A stretch of 64,000 nucleotides of DNA. Origin: the human T2T-CHM13v2.0 reference genome, Homo sapiens. Under the pieces are notes generated by a model, which was not told where the DNA came from, ran no database searches, and saw only the letters and a program-made list of their open reading frames with translations. The stretch is from assembly GCF_009914755.1 (NCBI RefSeq), contig NC_060927.1. The stretch is one strand, 5' to 3'. Below are positions 1 to 13,720 of this stretch, piece after piece (positions within the stretch are counted from its first letter, which is position 1; the number at the start of each line of letters is the position of its first letter). A program made the position numbers and the translations under genes.

Positions 1-139
1 CACACTCATCCTGACATACGTATTAATATCAAAAAATGATACAAAGAATATGAGAAATGTGTTCCAGCATTAAAGACACTACTACATAGAAATTACTGGG
101 ATTCTTTTCTTTGGCGAGTTTCACTGAAATAGTTTCACA

Positions 140-370
140 GGATGAAATGATGAATTGAATTCTTAAGAAGCTGTCAAATATGGCAGTCTTTTGATGTTAG
201 TAATTTTGTTTTCTTCTGTGTTATTGGTTCAAAGTACTGGCCTTTTCCTTCATTTCCAGTAATTAGTTGTTATAGACTATCACTTTTTAATGTGAGTGGA
301 AATTAGATGATTTGGTTATACTTGTGAAAACATGCTTCCAAATAAATTCAATTAATGGGCACTTCCCTGC
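140..370 (+). other. Possible terminal exon / 3' UTR end of an unidentified upstream plus-strand gene
   Basis: No recognisable repeat and U-rich. 'tttcacag|GATGAAATGATGAATTGA' at 133-158 has stops in all three frames. AATAAA at 341-346 is followed by a U/GU-rich tract, with a second AATAAA at 821-826. The acceptor is weak and the gene was not recognised. Confidence 0.25.
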
Positions 371-3300
371 TGAGATTTTGTTATCATTCATTTGATTATC
401 TTGTCAAGCTTTACTGTTACGACAAATGTTTTAGCTTTCTGGTCAATAGACTAAGGGAATTTCTCCAGTAGCCTTATACCTCTCCTGCACTTGATCTGAT
501 AGCAACATACACTTCAAATTTCCATCAGAAGTCTCTAAAGAAATTTCCTACTGCTATGAAACATTTGGTGGCCAACTTGATTCTTTTTCATAAGCATTCT
601 GATTTGATTTTATTCTGGCACGTTGCTGTATTTGGATGCAGGCCAGAAATCAATTCCATTTGATAAGGGTTGTGGAGAATACAGACTGGAATAACCGTGT
701 GCAGGGCTTAAGTGCCTTTTCCTCCTGAGATTTTATTTATAAAACTTAGCTTTTTTAAATTTTCAGATTCAGATAATTCAATTTAAAGAGTACAATAGGA
801 TGACTATATTATAAATTACCAATAAAGAAAGTTTATTTGGACATTTTTACATTTAATTTGATTTTTAAAATAATATCAGATGCATCTAAATGGCTTCTGG
901 GAAAGACTGAGGTAAATTTTTGAAAGTGACAATTATATAGGCATCTGACTTGATGGTACTTAAGAATAAAAATTTAAATCTCTAGCAAACTTTAAAAATT
1001 GTCCAAATAGTAAGTTTAATTTGAAAGAAGTCTGAAGCTATTAGAGAAAATCATGTACTAGATAGGTATATATTTTTTTCTAGTCAGCTATTACGTACAC
1101 CACATAATATATATACCCTATATACTATATGGTTTATATAACATTTATAATGGCCCTTTCAGACCCATATACTTACAAATGACATTGTATAACTACCTAC
1201 ATATGTATTAATGTGACAGAATTTAGTCCTTTATGGAAAGTCAAACCAAATTGCTAGCAGTTTTGAGTTGAAATGAATGATAACAATTAAAGCTTTTAAG
1301 AAATTGGTAAAGGTACCGTAACAAAAACTCAGCAGATAAATTTAAAAGAGAGGGACCATTTTTGAATGCCATTTTCAGAGTTGACATCTAAACTAGATGG
1401 TGTGTTTAAAAGGATTTTAGTGGTTTTGATTCATCCTTTCTCTGCATTCATATCATTTAGCAAATTAATGGGACATATGTCATGGTTTTTGTAAAAAAGA
1501 CCATTGGGTTGTCATGATTCAGTTTGTGTTTGGACATCTATGGCTTTCATTAAAAACGTGTTTATTATCATGAATAAATATTACCATGTTTTCCAAGTTG
1601 TGTTGACTATTTTTAAACTCAGAAATAATTTCTTCTCTATTTGTCTCACACAAAAAGGTTACTAAGATAAGTGTTTTCTTACAAAGTCTTTGTATTGCTT
1701 CCACACTGCTGACAGTTCTGACTTGATAGAAACAATGACATTTTATGATCTTTTCACCTCTTGGTGAATGCAGGGCAAGAATTTAGAGAATAGATTTGGG
1801 GAGCTGGACACAACTTTTCAGAAAAGAGAGAGGAAAGTGGGAGAAGGAAAAAGAAAAGAATGGAAAAAGGAGGAAGTGAGAGAGAACAAAAAGGAAGAAA
1901 AACTTCTCAATTTTAAATTAATGACTTTTTGCATCCAAATAGTGCTTTAAATAGAGATGTGTGACAGTTTTTTAAAAAGAAGGGCAAAGGAATTTAAATA
2001 AATCCCTTTAAATCATAAATCTATTATTCTTAGAGAACAAAATTAATAATATCTAGGAAGATATCTTAAATTTAATTCTTGATCCAAGTCGATCAAATCA
2101 TGTCACTGGAAACAATTAAAAATAAAATCTATACTGAAATATTTATGGTTTTGTACTATCTAATCAATAATGATATTGGTAGGAAGACTATGGGAAGTAA
2201 GATAATCTCTCATCTGTATATAGCCCAAGATAAGAATACAGCAAAGAGGACATCATATAATTTCCTCATACATAGCCTAAAGATAAATGTTTCCAATGGC
2301 TGAATAAAAGAATTAGCATTGCTTTACAAGTCTCTGTGGTCACATATGGCCATGGGCACCTAATAAATTAAACAGTTAAAAAACATATTCTAACAATTTC
2401 ACTTTCCATAAAAGGGTTTTGATGTTTTGTAAAATTTGGTGTTGTTTGATATGATTACTTTTTCACTAGTTTTGTATTTCCTTATGGTTTGTAGGATGTT
2501 ATTTCTGAGTTCAAAAAAAGTTTCAAATATACTCGTGAATGTTCATGTGAAAGCAGTATTTTCTAATGGAATGCTATAATTTGAAGTACTGTCTCAATTT
2601 TGGAGAGTTGATTGACTATCTAGTTAAAACTTTTCTATCTCCCCTGAAAATACTCAACTTTGCTCTCAGAGCTGCCTTCCTCTGCACTACAGGGGATCTT
2701 CTTACCAGTCACTGTGGCTCCTGTTTCCATGGCCTATCCTATTACTAGTTATGACCTCTTCTCCAAGGGGGTAAAGTTGTGCTGAAAGTCTTAAAAGGTG
2801 ATCTAACCAACTGGTGCCTTGGGAATTGGCTTCCTCTGCTCCTCAGGCAGGTTAGAAGCTAGTGAACATCAATCAAGCAATGAAAGAAATTAGTCATTTC
2901 TTCTTTCAACAAATGTTGTCTACTATGGGTTAGGCAACATAATGGGTGTTAAACACGTGGCCAATTCTATGACTTACTAACATACAACTATTGTCAAGTT
3001 TGGAATAGGTCCAAACACATGGACTGATTTAGACCACTTTCTATGCTATACTCTGTAGCAAATCACTGTACAATTCCTTGTTTTGTCTATTTCACATGTC
3101 TCAAAATAGTAAATACAAATCAATATTTCTTGAGTTCAAAAAAAATTAGTGAATTCTATTGAGCCAGTTCACCAGTTAAGGTATGTAGCAGACATCTTTC
3201 CAAATAATAAATACAGCCTATCTGAAGTCATGCTATAGTATGCCAATTCAAATTTCATGGAATATGAAATTTCCAGCATAAATCTCATCTGATCCAGCCC

Positions 3301-3599
3301 CATAAGTGGTTCCTTAATCCTTTGCCACAACCTCAACATGTAATTGTGAAGCCTATCATTGAACACTGCCATGGGTCTGAATTCTAAAACAGCTGGCTGC
3401 ATTTTGGACTATTTGGGATGTCTTCTTTATATTGATTTCTTGCTCTTTTTTTTTCTTTTTATAGCCACACCGTCTTCATCGCCTGAATTGATCTCAAATA
3501 TTTAAAGATGGCTTTCATATCTTCCATGAGTTATTTTCTCCTGAAAGCAAAAAATCCCACTTGAAATACAAAATAGTTCAGTCTTTTCACAATTCTAAT

Positions 3600-4230
3600 C
3601 ACTGTTCTCCAAATTTGCTCCCAAGCCTAAGTTTCTTAGAAAGTTTAATGTCTAGGATTGACCATAATAAACACTTACGTATAGTTCATCTCTGCCTAAC
3701 AGAGCTCCACTATCAACTTCCTCATTACACAAAGTATATTTATTTTAATATAACTTGCAATACTATTACATTCTTTGTTGGCCATAGCATACTAGTAATT
3801 CAGATTGAGATGTACTTTCTACTAAAACTTTAAAAATTCTAAATGCACTATTGTTAAGCAAATTCTGTCTTTCTACTGCCCTTGATCATTTGAGTTTTAT
3901 TGTATGTTCAGGATATTAAATACTATTAAATTCTACCTCATTAGGTACAGCACTACAGCCTATGGAGACCTATCTATCCACCTCAGAGTAAGGAAATCAA
4001 CAAAGATGATAAACTTCTATCTTCATCCAAGTCACTAACAAAAACTACCATGCAGAATCAGGTTGAGGATAAATCTCCAGAATAATAGTAATAGAGACAG
4101 TGTGTAAAGTACTGACAAAAGCAAAAGATGACAATTACTAAGCCCTTTTATGTTCCAGATTCTGTATCACACTCCACAACAAACTCCCACATACCACCCT
4201 CGAAATATCTACTAATACTTGTTGATGTGC
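3600..4230 (-). mobile_element. L3/CR1 LINE relic
   Basis: 'cttcatccaagtcactaacaaaaac...caggttgaggataaatctcc...tagagac' (4021-4098) resembles the antisense CR1/L3 RT region. Highly diverged. Confidence 0.5.
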
Positions 4231-4847
4231 TTATTCACTAATTCGTTGTTTAAAAGATTATTATTAAGCATCTATTATATATGAGTTACTGAGCTACTTG
4301 TTAATGATAGAAAAGTGAATAAAATGTGGCTCCGTTTCTCACATTACTAGCAGCCAACTGATTACTCTTCCTCTTTTCTACACACACAGCACAAAAGACA
4401 CAATCAGATGTATTTGCAGGATATATTTTTTTCCCATGTAAAACATTTGCCTGACATCATAGTCATCTTTAGTAAGAAAACTGGGATAATTACTCTAAAC
4501 TTTCTATTTGGGAATTTCTGGGTTCCTGGTGCATTATATTAAATGTTAGAAGATATAGAAAAATAATTCTCACACCAATCACCTGTCATAATTAAGATGT
4601 GAATTTAGGCCAGTCAAGTGTTGTCTTAAAGTGGGATTCCTTGTATGAAAAAGTAATACATACATAAGATAAAACAAAATATTTTAAAGTGAAAAGTAAA
4701 CATCTCTCTTACTACAGATTCTAATCCCTTAGTCTTTTTCCCCAGAGACATTGACTCTCACCAATTTGCATATAAATCTCTACAAATATGTCATTCATGT
4801 GTAAACATGTAAAAGTGTATTGTCTGTGTATGTACGTGGGGGCACTT

Positions 4848-4936
4848 TATATATATATATGTATGTATATATATGTGTATATATATATGTATGTATATAT
4901 ATGTGTATATATATATGTATATATATACATATATAT
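4848..4936. repeat. (TA)n/(TATG)n compound microsatellite
   Basis: Directly visible alternating TA/TG run. It accounts for the spurious YI/VY ORF at 4788-4994. Confidence 0.95.
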
Positions 4937-5029
4937 TCTTTTTTTAAATTTATCTGGAAATGTTCCATGTGAGGATACTACATGTCAGCTCTGAGGAGAA
5001 AATAGAAGATAAAAGTAAGTTTCAAATTT

Positions 5030-5690
5030 CTCCTTAAATTCACGGCTATTCCAATCAAAATTTCAACACTGTTTGTTTGTTTACAGACTTTAGGTGAGTA
5101 AGGGTCAGGAATAGCCAAGATTATTTTGAATCAAAAGAATCAGCAGCAAAGACTTTGTCTACCGTATTTCATGAGTTACTATAAAGCTATTGTAATCAAA
5201 ACAGTGTTATATCAATTCAGAGACAGACCAGTGTAGGATAACATTGAACCCATAAACAGATCTATGAAGAAAGGGGAACATGGCATATAAATGGAAATAC
5301 AAATCAAGAGAAAAGAGAGATGCCTCAGCTAACAATATCCCTATGTCATACTAGACACAAAAATCAATCCCAGACAAATTAAAAATATAAACATAAAAGC
5401 ACATTTTAAATGTCTCAGAATACATAGGAAAACATTGTCATGTCCTCGAAATAGGGAAGAATTTATTAACAAGACATAAAACAGCATAAACAATAAAGAA
5501 AACGAATAACAAGTTAAAATTAAAATGTTAATACATCAAATAATGAGTTTTTTTAAATGACTATAAGCACATATTGAAAGTAAGTATTTGCAACACATAT
5601 AAGCAATGAAAGATTAATTAATATGAGTGGATAGAAAATTCCTGTAGTTTAAATAAGGAAAGGACAAATTCACAAGGAAAATAGAGCTGA
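5030..5690 (+). mobile_element. Old L1 (L1M-type) ORF2 3' fragment
   Basis: 'ctattccaatcaaaatttca', 'gaatagccaagattattttga', 'tactataaagctattgtaatcaaaacagtgt' and 'tatttgcaacacatataa' are colinear with the L1 ORF2 C-terminal region. Confidence 0.8.
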
Positions 5691-5699
5691 TTAAATACT

Positions 5700-7150
5700 G
5701 GGAATAAAAGACATGTCTGTTTTTTCCCTGTTGCTGATTCTCACAAAAATGTAAGGAGAGGACTGAAAAATATATAAACTTATCAGAACAAAAAGAATAG
5801 AAAAAGAGATAACAGGTAAGAAGTTCTGACAAGTTTTTGAGAGAGAGAAATTAGATAAACTAAAAAACCTTAAGAATATAATACAACCTATGAAATAGCA
5901 ACATAAATCAGAATTAGAAAAGTTAAAAGATGCTTTAATAAAACTCAAGAAAGAATTATAAATAAAAGAAAAAATAATTTTTTAAATTAAGACTAAATTA
6001 AAAGAAATGCAGACCAAAGAATGCTTTAAGAGACATAGAAAAATTTTCAAAAAGAAATGGGAATAAATAGTAAAAAGTAGAAAAAATCTAAAAAGTTTCA
6101 AAAAGGAAGGAATAGGGGATGTGAGCTGAGGGGGAGAGGAAGGGAGAAATAAGAAAAAAAATCAAGCATAAGTGATAAGAAGATAGAAAAAGAAGACTCA
6201 ATATGCATGTATATGGAACCTTCGAAAAAGAAAACCAAAACAAGGAAACACAACAAATACAATGAAAGCTGTAATTCAGGAAATCTTTTACAATACAACA
6301 GAAAAAAATTTGATGTCACATTTTCAAAAGGCACACTGAATATATGAAATAACTGATCAAAAATGACCAACATCAAGACATATGCTAATAAGTTTAATGA
6401 CTATCAAAGAAATAATATAAGCATTCACATCTAGCTAAAATCACCAAATCTCTTAAAATGAAGACTCTTTTGTTATATAATTAGATCATCATCAGACTTC
6501 AAAGACAACGCTTTATGCCAGTAAAAATTAAAGTAACATACAAAAGATAAGACGTTAGAATGTAAGCAAGTTATTTTTATATTCAGCCATAAGCTAACTT
6601 TCCTACAAGTATGAAGGGCATGGACAAACTGTTATTGGCATTAAAGAACTCAGGGAATATTGTTACCATGAACGCCTCCTGAGAAATTTACCAGAAAAAG
6701 ACCTGTAGACAAACAGAAGGGTGACATGGATATAAGGACTGATAATGGGCACTAAATACCAGAGAGCTAACACTAAATGAGGGCTATATGGTGGAGTACA
6801 GTATAAACTTGTTACATGTTCTGATAATGAAGACACAGTACAGCTATAAGAAATATGAAGGTAATAGAAAAATCATAGGTAAAAATTGTCATTACTTTCA
6901 ATAATCATATTTACAGTGGTAGCAGTGCTGTTGCTACTCTGAAACTGCTTTATGTGTAACACAGAATACAGCAAAGAGGGATATTGTGATATGCTAATTG
7001 TATCATCTCCACCGTCTTTGAGAACCAGCACTCTTAATGTGGAAGAAAGGATATTCTGAATCAGAGTAGAAGAGGTTAAGTAAAAACCCACCTTATTGTT
7101 TCGATTTTAAAGTGTAACTATCAGAATGAACACTTTAAAAAAAGTTATGC
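5700..7150 (+). mobile_element. HAL1 / ancient L1M ORF1-like fragment
   Basis: A-rich strand bias with ORF1-like motifs 'attagatcatcatcagacttc', 'ttatattcagccataagctaact' and 'aaagaactcagggaatattgttaccatga'. Confidence 0.55.
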
Positions 7151-8305
7151 AAACTATGATCAAGCTAGTAGCAATGAGCATCCTTAAGGACCAGATTGTG
7201 GTCTTAAAAGAACATTTCTTACTGTAAAAAATTCACCACGCACACAAACACACATAGAAATAGAGGTCTGGGGAACAAACCATAGAAGGTGAACCTGGAA
7301 CATTTTGTCAAAGACTTCTAGGAATATATCTAAAGGACAGAGGAACCAATACAAAGATGATCTCACTATCTAAAGATACGACAGTGTGAGCATCAATAAG
7401 GATAATTTCAATTAATTGAAAATAAATCCAATTTAAATTCTAAAGTGAATAATAATTAAAAAGAAAACATCTACCACTTATGGCAGATAATTGGAATATA
7501 ATTCATTGTTTTGAAAATTCATAAGTAAAAAGAACAGTTAAATATTTTGTCCTGCCATTCCTCCACCAACTATACAGCAAGGTAGCCAAATGGTAGATGA
7601 GAATTTACTCTTTGTAGAAGTTATTTCAGCTAATAAAAGAAGGAATTGTTGTATTATAATTTCAGTTGTCACTTGTTTTATTGCTCCCAATGAATCAGTG
7701 GATCTAGGTATTAAGCATCACAAAATTAGAAATAATGAGTTATCATGTGTCTCCTGGATAGATGTACACAAGATTACCTCAGAAAAGGCTTGCACCCAAA
7801 ACCAAACCTGTGTATGATGGAAGTCTCTAGGTTCAACTGTCAGAAAATACATAGGTACAGGAAGTACATCAAAGAAGCATGTTAAATTATACCATGGATA
7901 TGAAATCAGAAAAATTCACACGATTTAAAATTTTCCCAGTTTAATTTTCTTGTTTCCTCAATAAATAAATTGCAAGAAAAAAAACACAGTGAGAAAATAT
8001 GTAGATTTTTAAAAACTTACAAATACTTTTTAAAAAAGTTCTGCTTCAGGAAGAACGATTCAGTAATAAAATTATAAAGGACAGCAAGATGGGGTAACCT
8101 AAAATAGTGTTGATAGATCACAGAGGAAATAAGCTGTGACTGAGATGGTGCATGTGGAGGTTTTTTTTGCAGTGGCTTGCAAAGTGCTATCTCTTAATCT
8201 GGGTGTTTTTTACCTGAGCCTTTTCCTTATGATGATGTTTTAAACCAAACATTTACTTCATGATGTTTTTCTGTACCTGGATTATATTTTACAATAAAAT
8301 AAATA
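7150..8305 (+). mobile_element. Ancient L1MC/L1ME-type 3' end
   Basis: 'gaatcagtggatctagg' and 'gcaaagtgctatctcttaatctgggtg', ending in 'ttttacaataaaataaa'. Confidence 0.5.
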
Positions 8306-8329
8306 GGATTGTAATAAAATTAATAATAC

Positions 8330-8900
8330 ACGACAATGTTGCAGACTTAAAGAACATGAGTTTATTAATTGAAAGGACCCGCCAACTGCCCAGTGTAATG
8401 GATGAAAAAAACACCTGTGAAAGCATACCATCACAAAATGTCATGACTTCAGAAAAAAGAAGAAAAGTTTCAAAGCTTCCTCAGAGGAACAAAAGGAATT
8501 CTCAACGTCAGCTCTGGAAGCTAGAAGAAATTGGATAATATTTTTGAGAAAGAATTATGATCAACCTATAGAATTTTATATTCAAACAAAATATAAGTTC
8601 ACTGTATCAGTCCACAAAGGCATAGATTCAGGGGTGAGAGGAAATAAAAAACCAGGATTGCTGCTCAGGAGACTAGAGAACAGCTCAGAGTGTGAAGCTG
8701 GGGAGTTGTAGAAAGAATATCTATACAATAAAATTAAAACTGACGTATTTCATCATGTGGAAAAAAGTGTTATTTGTATAGATTTTACAATTTTTTTTGC
8801 TAAATTTGGAAAGAACATAGAAAACTACACAACAAAATCAAAACTATTAATGCAGAGAAAAAGAGAAAGTACTACAAGAAATGGAATGTAATCTTTGAAT
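8330..8900 (+). mobile_element. Second HAL1/L1ME ORF1-like fragment
   Basis: The ORF at 8260-8538 contains DLKNMSLLIERTRQLPSVMDEK, resembling the L1 ORF1p 'LQIERAHR' region. Confidence 0.5.
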
Positions 8901-8959
8901 ATATATTTGTGCACATGAATGTAAGTACAGATAATTCTTCCAAATAGAAAGTTTGGAAA

Positions 8960-9620
8960 AAGCATATTTTAAGGTTTTTATCTACCAATTTACTAATTGA
9001 TTTAAAAAGATGTTATTCAAATTTACATTCCACAAACAGTGTATTAAAGTATCTATTTCCCTACCCTCTAACCAAAAATCAGTGTATCAATTTTTTATAT
9101 TTTCCATTTCAATATAAATGTAATATCATTATTGTATTAATTTGCATGTTTAAATTGAGGTAAAACATCTTTTCTTATGCTTATAAGCCATTGTATTTCT
9201 TTTTATATTAGATGTATTCCTTTACTTTGTATATTTTTTCTATTCGTTTATTAATCTCTTCTTATGAAATTATAAGAGTTCTCTATAGACAAATAAAATC
9301 AGTACTTTTGGTCATGTGTGTTGTAAATAATTTTGCTCAACTTTTCTTTGAATTTTATGTTATTTTGTGCTAGGCAGAAAATTTTTTCTTGTGTTCAATT
9401 ATTGAAATATATCAGTGTTTCCTTTGTGTTTTTTCTGAGTTTTGTTTCTTGCATACAAAGACCTTCCCCATTTCAATACTTATTTTAATTCATTCATTTT
9501 TTTTTCTGTATGGACAGCCTCATTGTTTATAGTTAAATCTTTGATCCACCTAAAAGGTACATTGAGATAACTAGTAAGAAGGGGATTGAGGTTTATTTTT
9601 TTCCCAGATAAGGTTTTAAT
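8960..9620 (-). mobile_element. Ancient L1 (L1ME-type) ORF2 3' fragment
   Basis: 'aatttacattccacaaacagtgtatt', 'ttaatttgcatgttt', 'ttataagccattgtatttcttt' and 'aaatctttgatccacct' match antisense L1. Confidence 0.75.
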
Positions 9621-11630
9621 ACAATTCAGACCTGACTTAAGTGGATTGTGTTTTATTGTAAAGCTGAGGACTTTTTATTTTCAGCTACTGAAATCTGTAA
9701 GACTGTAGAAGAGCAGGATGCTAGCCAAGCCACATAAGGTTTATTACTACTTCTAACCATCTTCTTACATGCTTACAACTAAGACCTGCCCTCTTAGTAT
9801 GTGACACCCAATTCCAAACACTATCCCAAAGAGTAAAATTATCCAGCCAGTGAAAGGAAGGCTCTCTGACTTACAAAAACAATCTGTACATATATTTACA
9901 TCAACAGATCATATTTTTAAAAAAACTCAACACTAAAATAGCTTAAGAATAACAAGTTTTCTCGGCCCTATAATCAAAAGACAATCAATGGAAAGAAAAT
10001 AACTATGATGGTAAGTGTATATTGATCTAGGTTGGAGTCAAAAAAGGGCAACAACAACAGAAGTATACCTTCACCTGCACCTGGACTCACAGACCTAAAC
10101 CAAATGCCTCACAGATGCTGTCATAAGATTGCCAGTGATTTCCACCAAGTAACGTACATGAAAGACTACAGTAGTTGTCTTGGCATTTTAAAAATACCCT
10201 ACTTGGTGGTCTTGGGTTGCTTCCCAGCTTGTATAGTAATAGAATAGGCAGTCCTCTGATTCTTTTTTTTTTTTTTTTTTGGTTGCTTAGAAAGTTCTAA
10301 TTTAAGTGTTTGCATCATTTCTTCATCCGTTGTCCAAGATTTCTACTGCATCTGTGGTTTTCTGGTCATCATTTTTTGAGACAGGCTCTTGGGGCTTATA
10401 CTCTGCTACATGAATTATTTATGTACATTTTTGCTCTAATCCTTAAAGGGCCTAGGAACAAGAAAAAAATGTTTAAAATGTAATAAAAGGCTCCACATTA
10501 CAGTTGAATATTTTAACAGAAACTATTTTTGTTCAGATTCCTATGAAGGCTTTTAGCAAAGATAAATGAGCTTATGCCATAAAGCTATGCATGTTTTGAA
10601 AAGTGATAAAAGGTTAATTGGGTACCGTGTAAGCAAGAGTTTATATCGAGAAACCCTTTAGTTAGTTGGTGGTCAAGTATATTTAACAAATGTTTATATA
10701 TCTTATGTCTATATCAAGTTGCCATTCTACACGAAGACTACACAGTGTTCTTAGAAACAAAACAAAAGAGCTTAGCAATGTGTGGACAGTTTTCAATAAA
10801 AAATTTGGGAGGAGTTGGGTGAGGGATGAGTTAGAAGGAGAGAACTGAGCTGTCTAGCAGACGTGAAAAGATGTGTTAAAGAAGACGATCTGTAAGTATT
10901 TTTGCCTCTGGCAAACAAAAGCTGCCTTCAATAATAAGCGCATATGTTTGTTTCAAGGACTATAAAACCATGAAAAAGATTAAGGGCCCTAGTAATTAGG
11001 GCTGAAGCTGAAAGAATTATTATTTGCAGAGAAAAACCTTAGGAGGGAAGAAGGAGTCCTGAAGATAACATTGATCAGTAAGAGTAAATCTTGACAATTT
11101 CCTCTGGAATTTTCCACAGTCCCAATCCCATGTTAAACTACATTTTCTTCTCACCAAATACCAAGAAATATAAAACTATAGATTTATATACATGTAGCAT
11201 GGAGGGAACTACGCTCTCCTACCAGGAAATATACCCTTCGTTCTTTGCTATGTAGACCAGCAGTACGGTAAAGTGGAGTGGCAATTTGAAGTTCCTGAGA
11301 TTTTTTATTCTCTTATAAGAATTCAGCCTTAAAGATCTTGGCCAAATCAAATAATCACACTTTTGTATATCAGAAAAGAAGATCTATCAAGTTGCATTTG
11401 CCCAACTAAGGTGACTTAATTACAAAGGCAACCTTCCACCTAGTTTTGTCTGCACTAGCCTCTATGCAAAAATAACATTTCACTGCAAATCCAGTGTTTC
11501 CTGTTTACCTTCATCACTTCTGCTCTCCACAGCCCCCAATCTTTCTTTTCTTACTTGCAAACTTTTCCTGTCCTTTCTCTTTGCATTCACCACCTAGCCT
11601 TTCTTAAGGTATAGCCTTTAGCTTTACTCC

Positions 11631-11672
11631 TGAGTGTGTTTTCATCACTGTTGAGTGTGTTTTCATCACTGT
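11631..11672. repeat. Perfect 21-bp tandem duplication
   Basis: tgagtgtgttttcatcactgt x2 (11631-11651, 11652-11672). Confidence 0.95.
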
Positions 11673-11759
11673 CCTCTGTAGCACTCATGAAAATTTCTTG
11701 TGGTAAAATCTCTCTCAATTAGACTAGATTTGAGGAATATCCTTCCCATGTGCCCCATA

Positions 11760-12710
11760 TCTATTTCATATGGATTCTTCTCTTCATTAATCCCCACTGC
11801 CATTTCATACTTTCAAACCCTCATCCACTCTTACCTAGATGTTAAAATAGCCTCCTACCAGGTCTCAAAAATCCTGTATGACCCAGCTGCTGTTTGCACC
11901 CAATTCCTTATTCTCTTCCTATGTAGCCTGGACTCCAACAACAAAGAAACTGCCTAGAGTTCCTCAAATGCATTGTGATCTTGATCTCCCTGTTCTGGGT
12001 ATATGCATGGATTTCTTTATTTTCCCTCTCTTTCCTTGGCCAACTCAAAGTAACCCCTCAGGACAGGACTCAGCTAAGATGACGTCTCTGCTTGGGTAGC
12101 CCTCTCTGCTTTTTGTGACTCCTAGGCTACATAAAATCTTGACTCTCTTTTTTTTCTGCCACAATATAAATCACATTTTATTTTAATTATCTGTTTCTCA
12201 GTACCCCCTCAAGGCTACAAACTCCTTGAAGTCAGGAACTATCTCATTTGCTGTTATTCTCCCTATGCCCACGGCTCAGTTCATATTTGGAGGAAAAAAG
12301 TGGCATGTAGAGTTTCTAAAAATATCTTGACTTTGCTACCCCCATGATTTTTCTCATGCTATTCTTTTTGCCTAAATTTTATCCTTTCCAATTTATTCTC
12401 TCCCCAGCCCTATATGCATGCCTTAGTCTATTAAATCCTACTTATTTTTCCGCCAGTTTCAGGTGTCTCTTCTATGAGAATTCCCTCATGATACCCACTA
12501 GAACCGATCTGAATTCCCACTCTTCTATATCCTAATCATGTAGCATGAATCACTCACTGCTTTGTAATATGCTCAATCTCTGTTTTTACTCCCACACTAG
12601 ATGGATTGAAAACTAGAAACTATGTTTTAAAATCTTTGTATTTCTCATGTTATCTATCACAGTGTTTTGCAGAGTTGGTGGTTAATATATACCGAATGAA
12701 TTATTGTGAA
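11760..12710 (+). mobile_element. L2 LINE 3' fragments (at least two copies)
   Basis: 'ccctcatccactcttacctagatgttaaaatagcctcctaccaggtctc' and 'ctacaaactccttgaagtcaggaactatctc'. A second end reads 'ttaatatataccgaatgaatt'. Confidence 0.7.
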
Positions 12711-13418
12711 ATAATTTCTCAAAGCTATGAACTTCTCTGTGTTTTATCAAGAAAATGTTCAGTCATAGCACGTTTTCCCCCTTGTGAATCTCTTCATCTT
12801 TCCTATTCCAACAAGGAAGTATATGATCTATTTCTACATATTTCCCTTGGAGCACTGCAGCAGAAATCTTTCTGAAGATGAGGTGGGAGCAATAGAGATG
12901 CGTGAATAATTCTGTTTGGTATAGGTGAAATTGTAATTGGAATTCACATCTCTTCTGCTGCTGTTTCAAAGTCTCAAAGATCTCCAGGAGGAACTCTTTT
13001 CTCCTCTACCTAATAGCAATGTGGAGATATATGTCATTTTTTACATTCTTTTCTCTCATCACCAACATGACCAAAGCCCTACCTCCCATCCTTAGAGACC
13101 TTAGCTCAAGTAAGACATTATTTGTGACGTCTTCTCTAGTTTCTCTAAGCTGAAAACATTCACTTCCAGCCCTGCATACACATAGTATTATATCTATATC
13201 TCTATGACAGTCAACTCTCTCGGCCTCATGTTTCAGTAAACATTTATGTCCAAGTCTTGTTCCCCTTCCAGAGTATAAGTTCCCAGAGGGCAAAATTTGT
13301 TCCTGGTTTCTCTATTTCCTTTTACCCATAGAAAAGTACATCCTTTTCTATGTACATATGTGTTCTCTCACTTATATATATGTTAAATGGTATACAACAT
13401 ATACATAAACAATATGTA

Positions 13419-13720
13419 GTCTGGGTGCAGTGGCTCATGCCTGTAACCCCAGTGCTTTGGGAGGCCGAGGAGGGAGGATTGCTTGAGGCCAGGGGTTCAA
13501 GACTAGCCTGGGTAACCTAGAAAGACCCTTCTTCTCCAAAAAAAAATTTTTTAATTAGCTGGGCTTGGTGAGGTGCGCCTGTAGTTCAGTCCTAGCTATT
13601 TGGGAGACTGAGGCAACAGGATTGCTTGAACCCAGGAGTCTGATGTTACCATGAGCTATATTCAGGCCACTGCGTGCCAACCTGGGCAGCAGAATGAGAC
13701 CTTGCCTCTAAAGGCAAAAA
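13419..13720 (+). mobile_element. AluJ (AluJo-like), full length
   Basis: Dimeric Alu with J-type 'ggattgcttga' in both arms, strongly diverged. Probable TSD aatatgta (13411-13418 / 13726-13733). Confidence 0.92.

Noticed and set aside
147-200. ATGATGA (C-box or SECIS-like core) followed by a hairpin
   Set aside because: There is no CTGA D box with a terminal stem at a suitable distance and no convincing SECIS helix II pairing.
13327-13352. 10-bp stem / 6-nt loop hairpin (similar small hairpins at 41047-41068 and T9A10 at 53872-53890)
   Set aside because: These are short, isolated and mostly AT-rich, with no supporting context, so they are consistent with chance.
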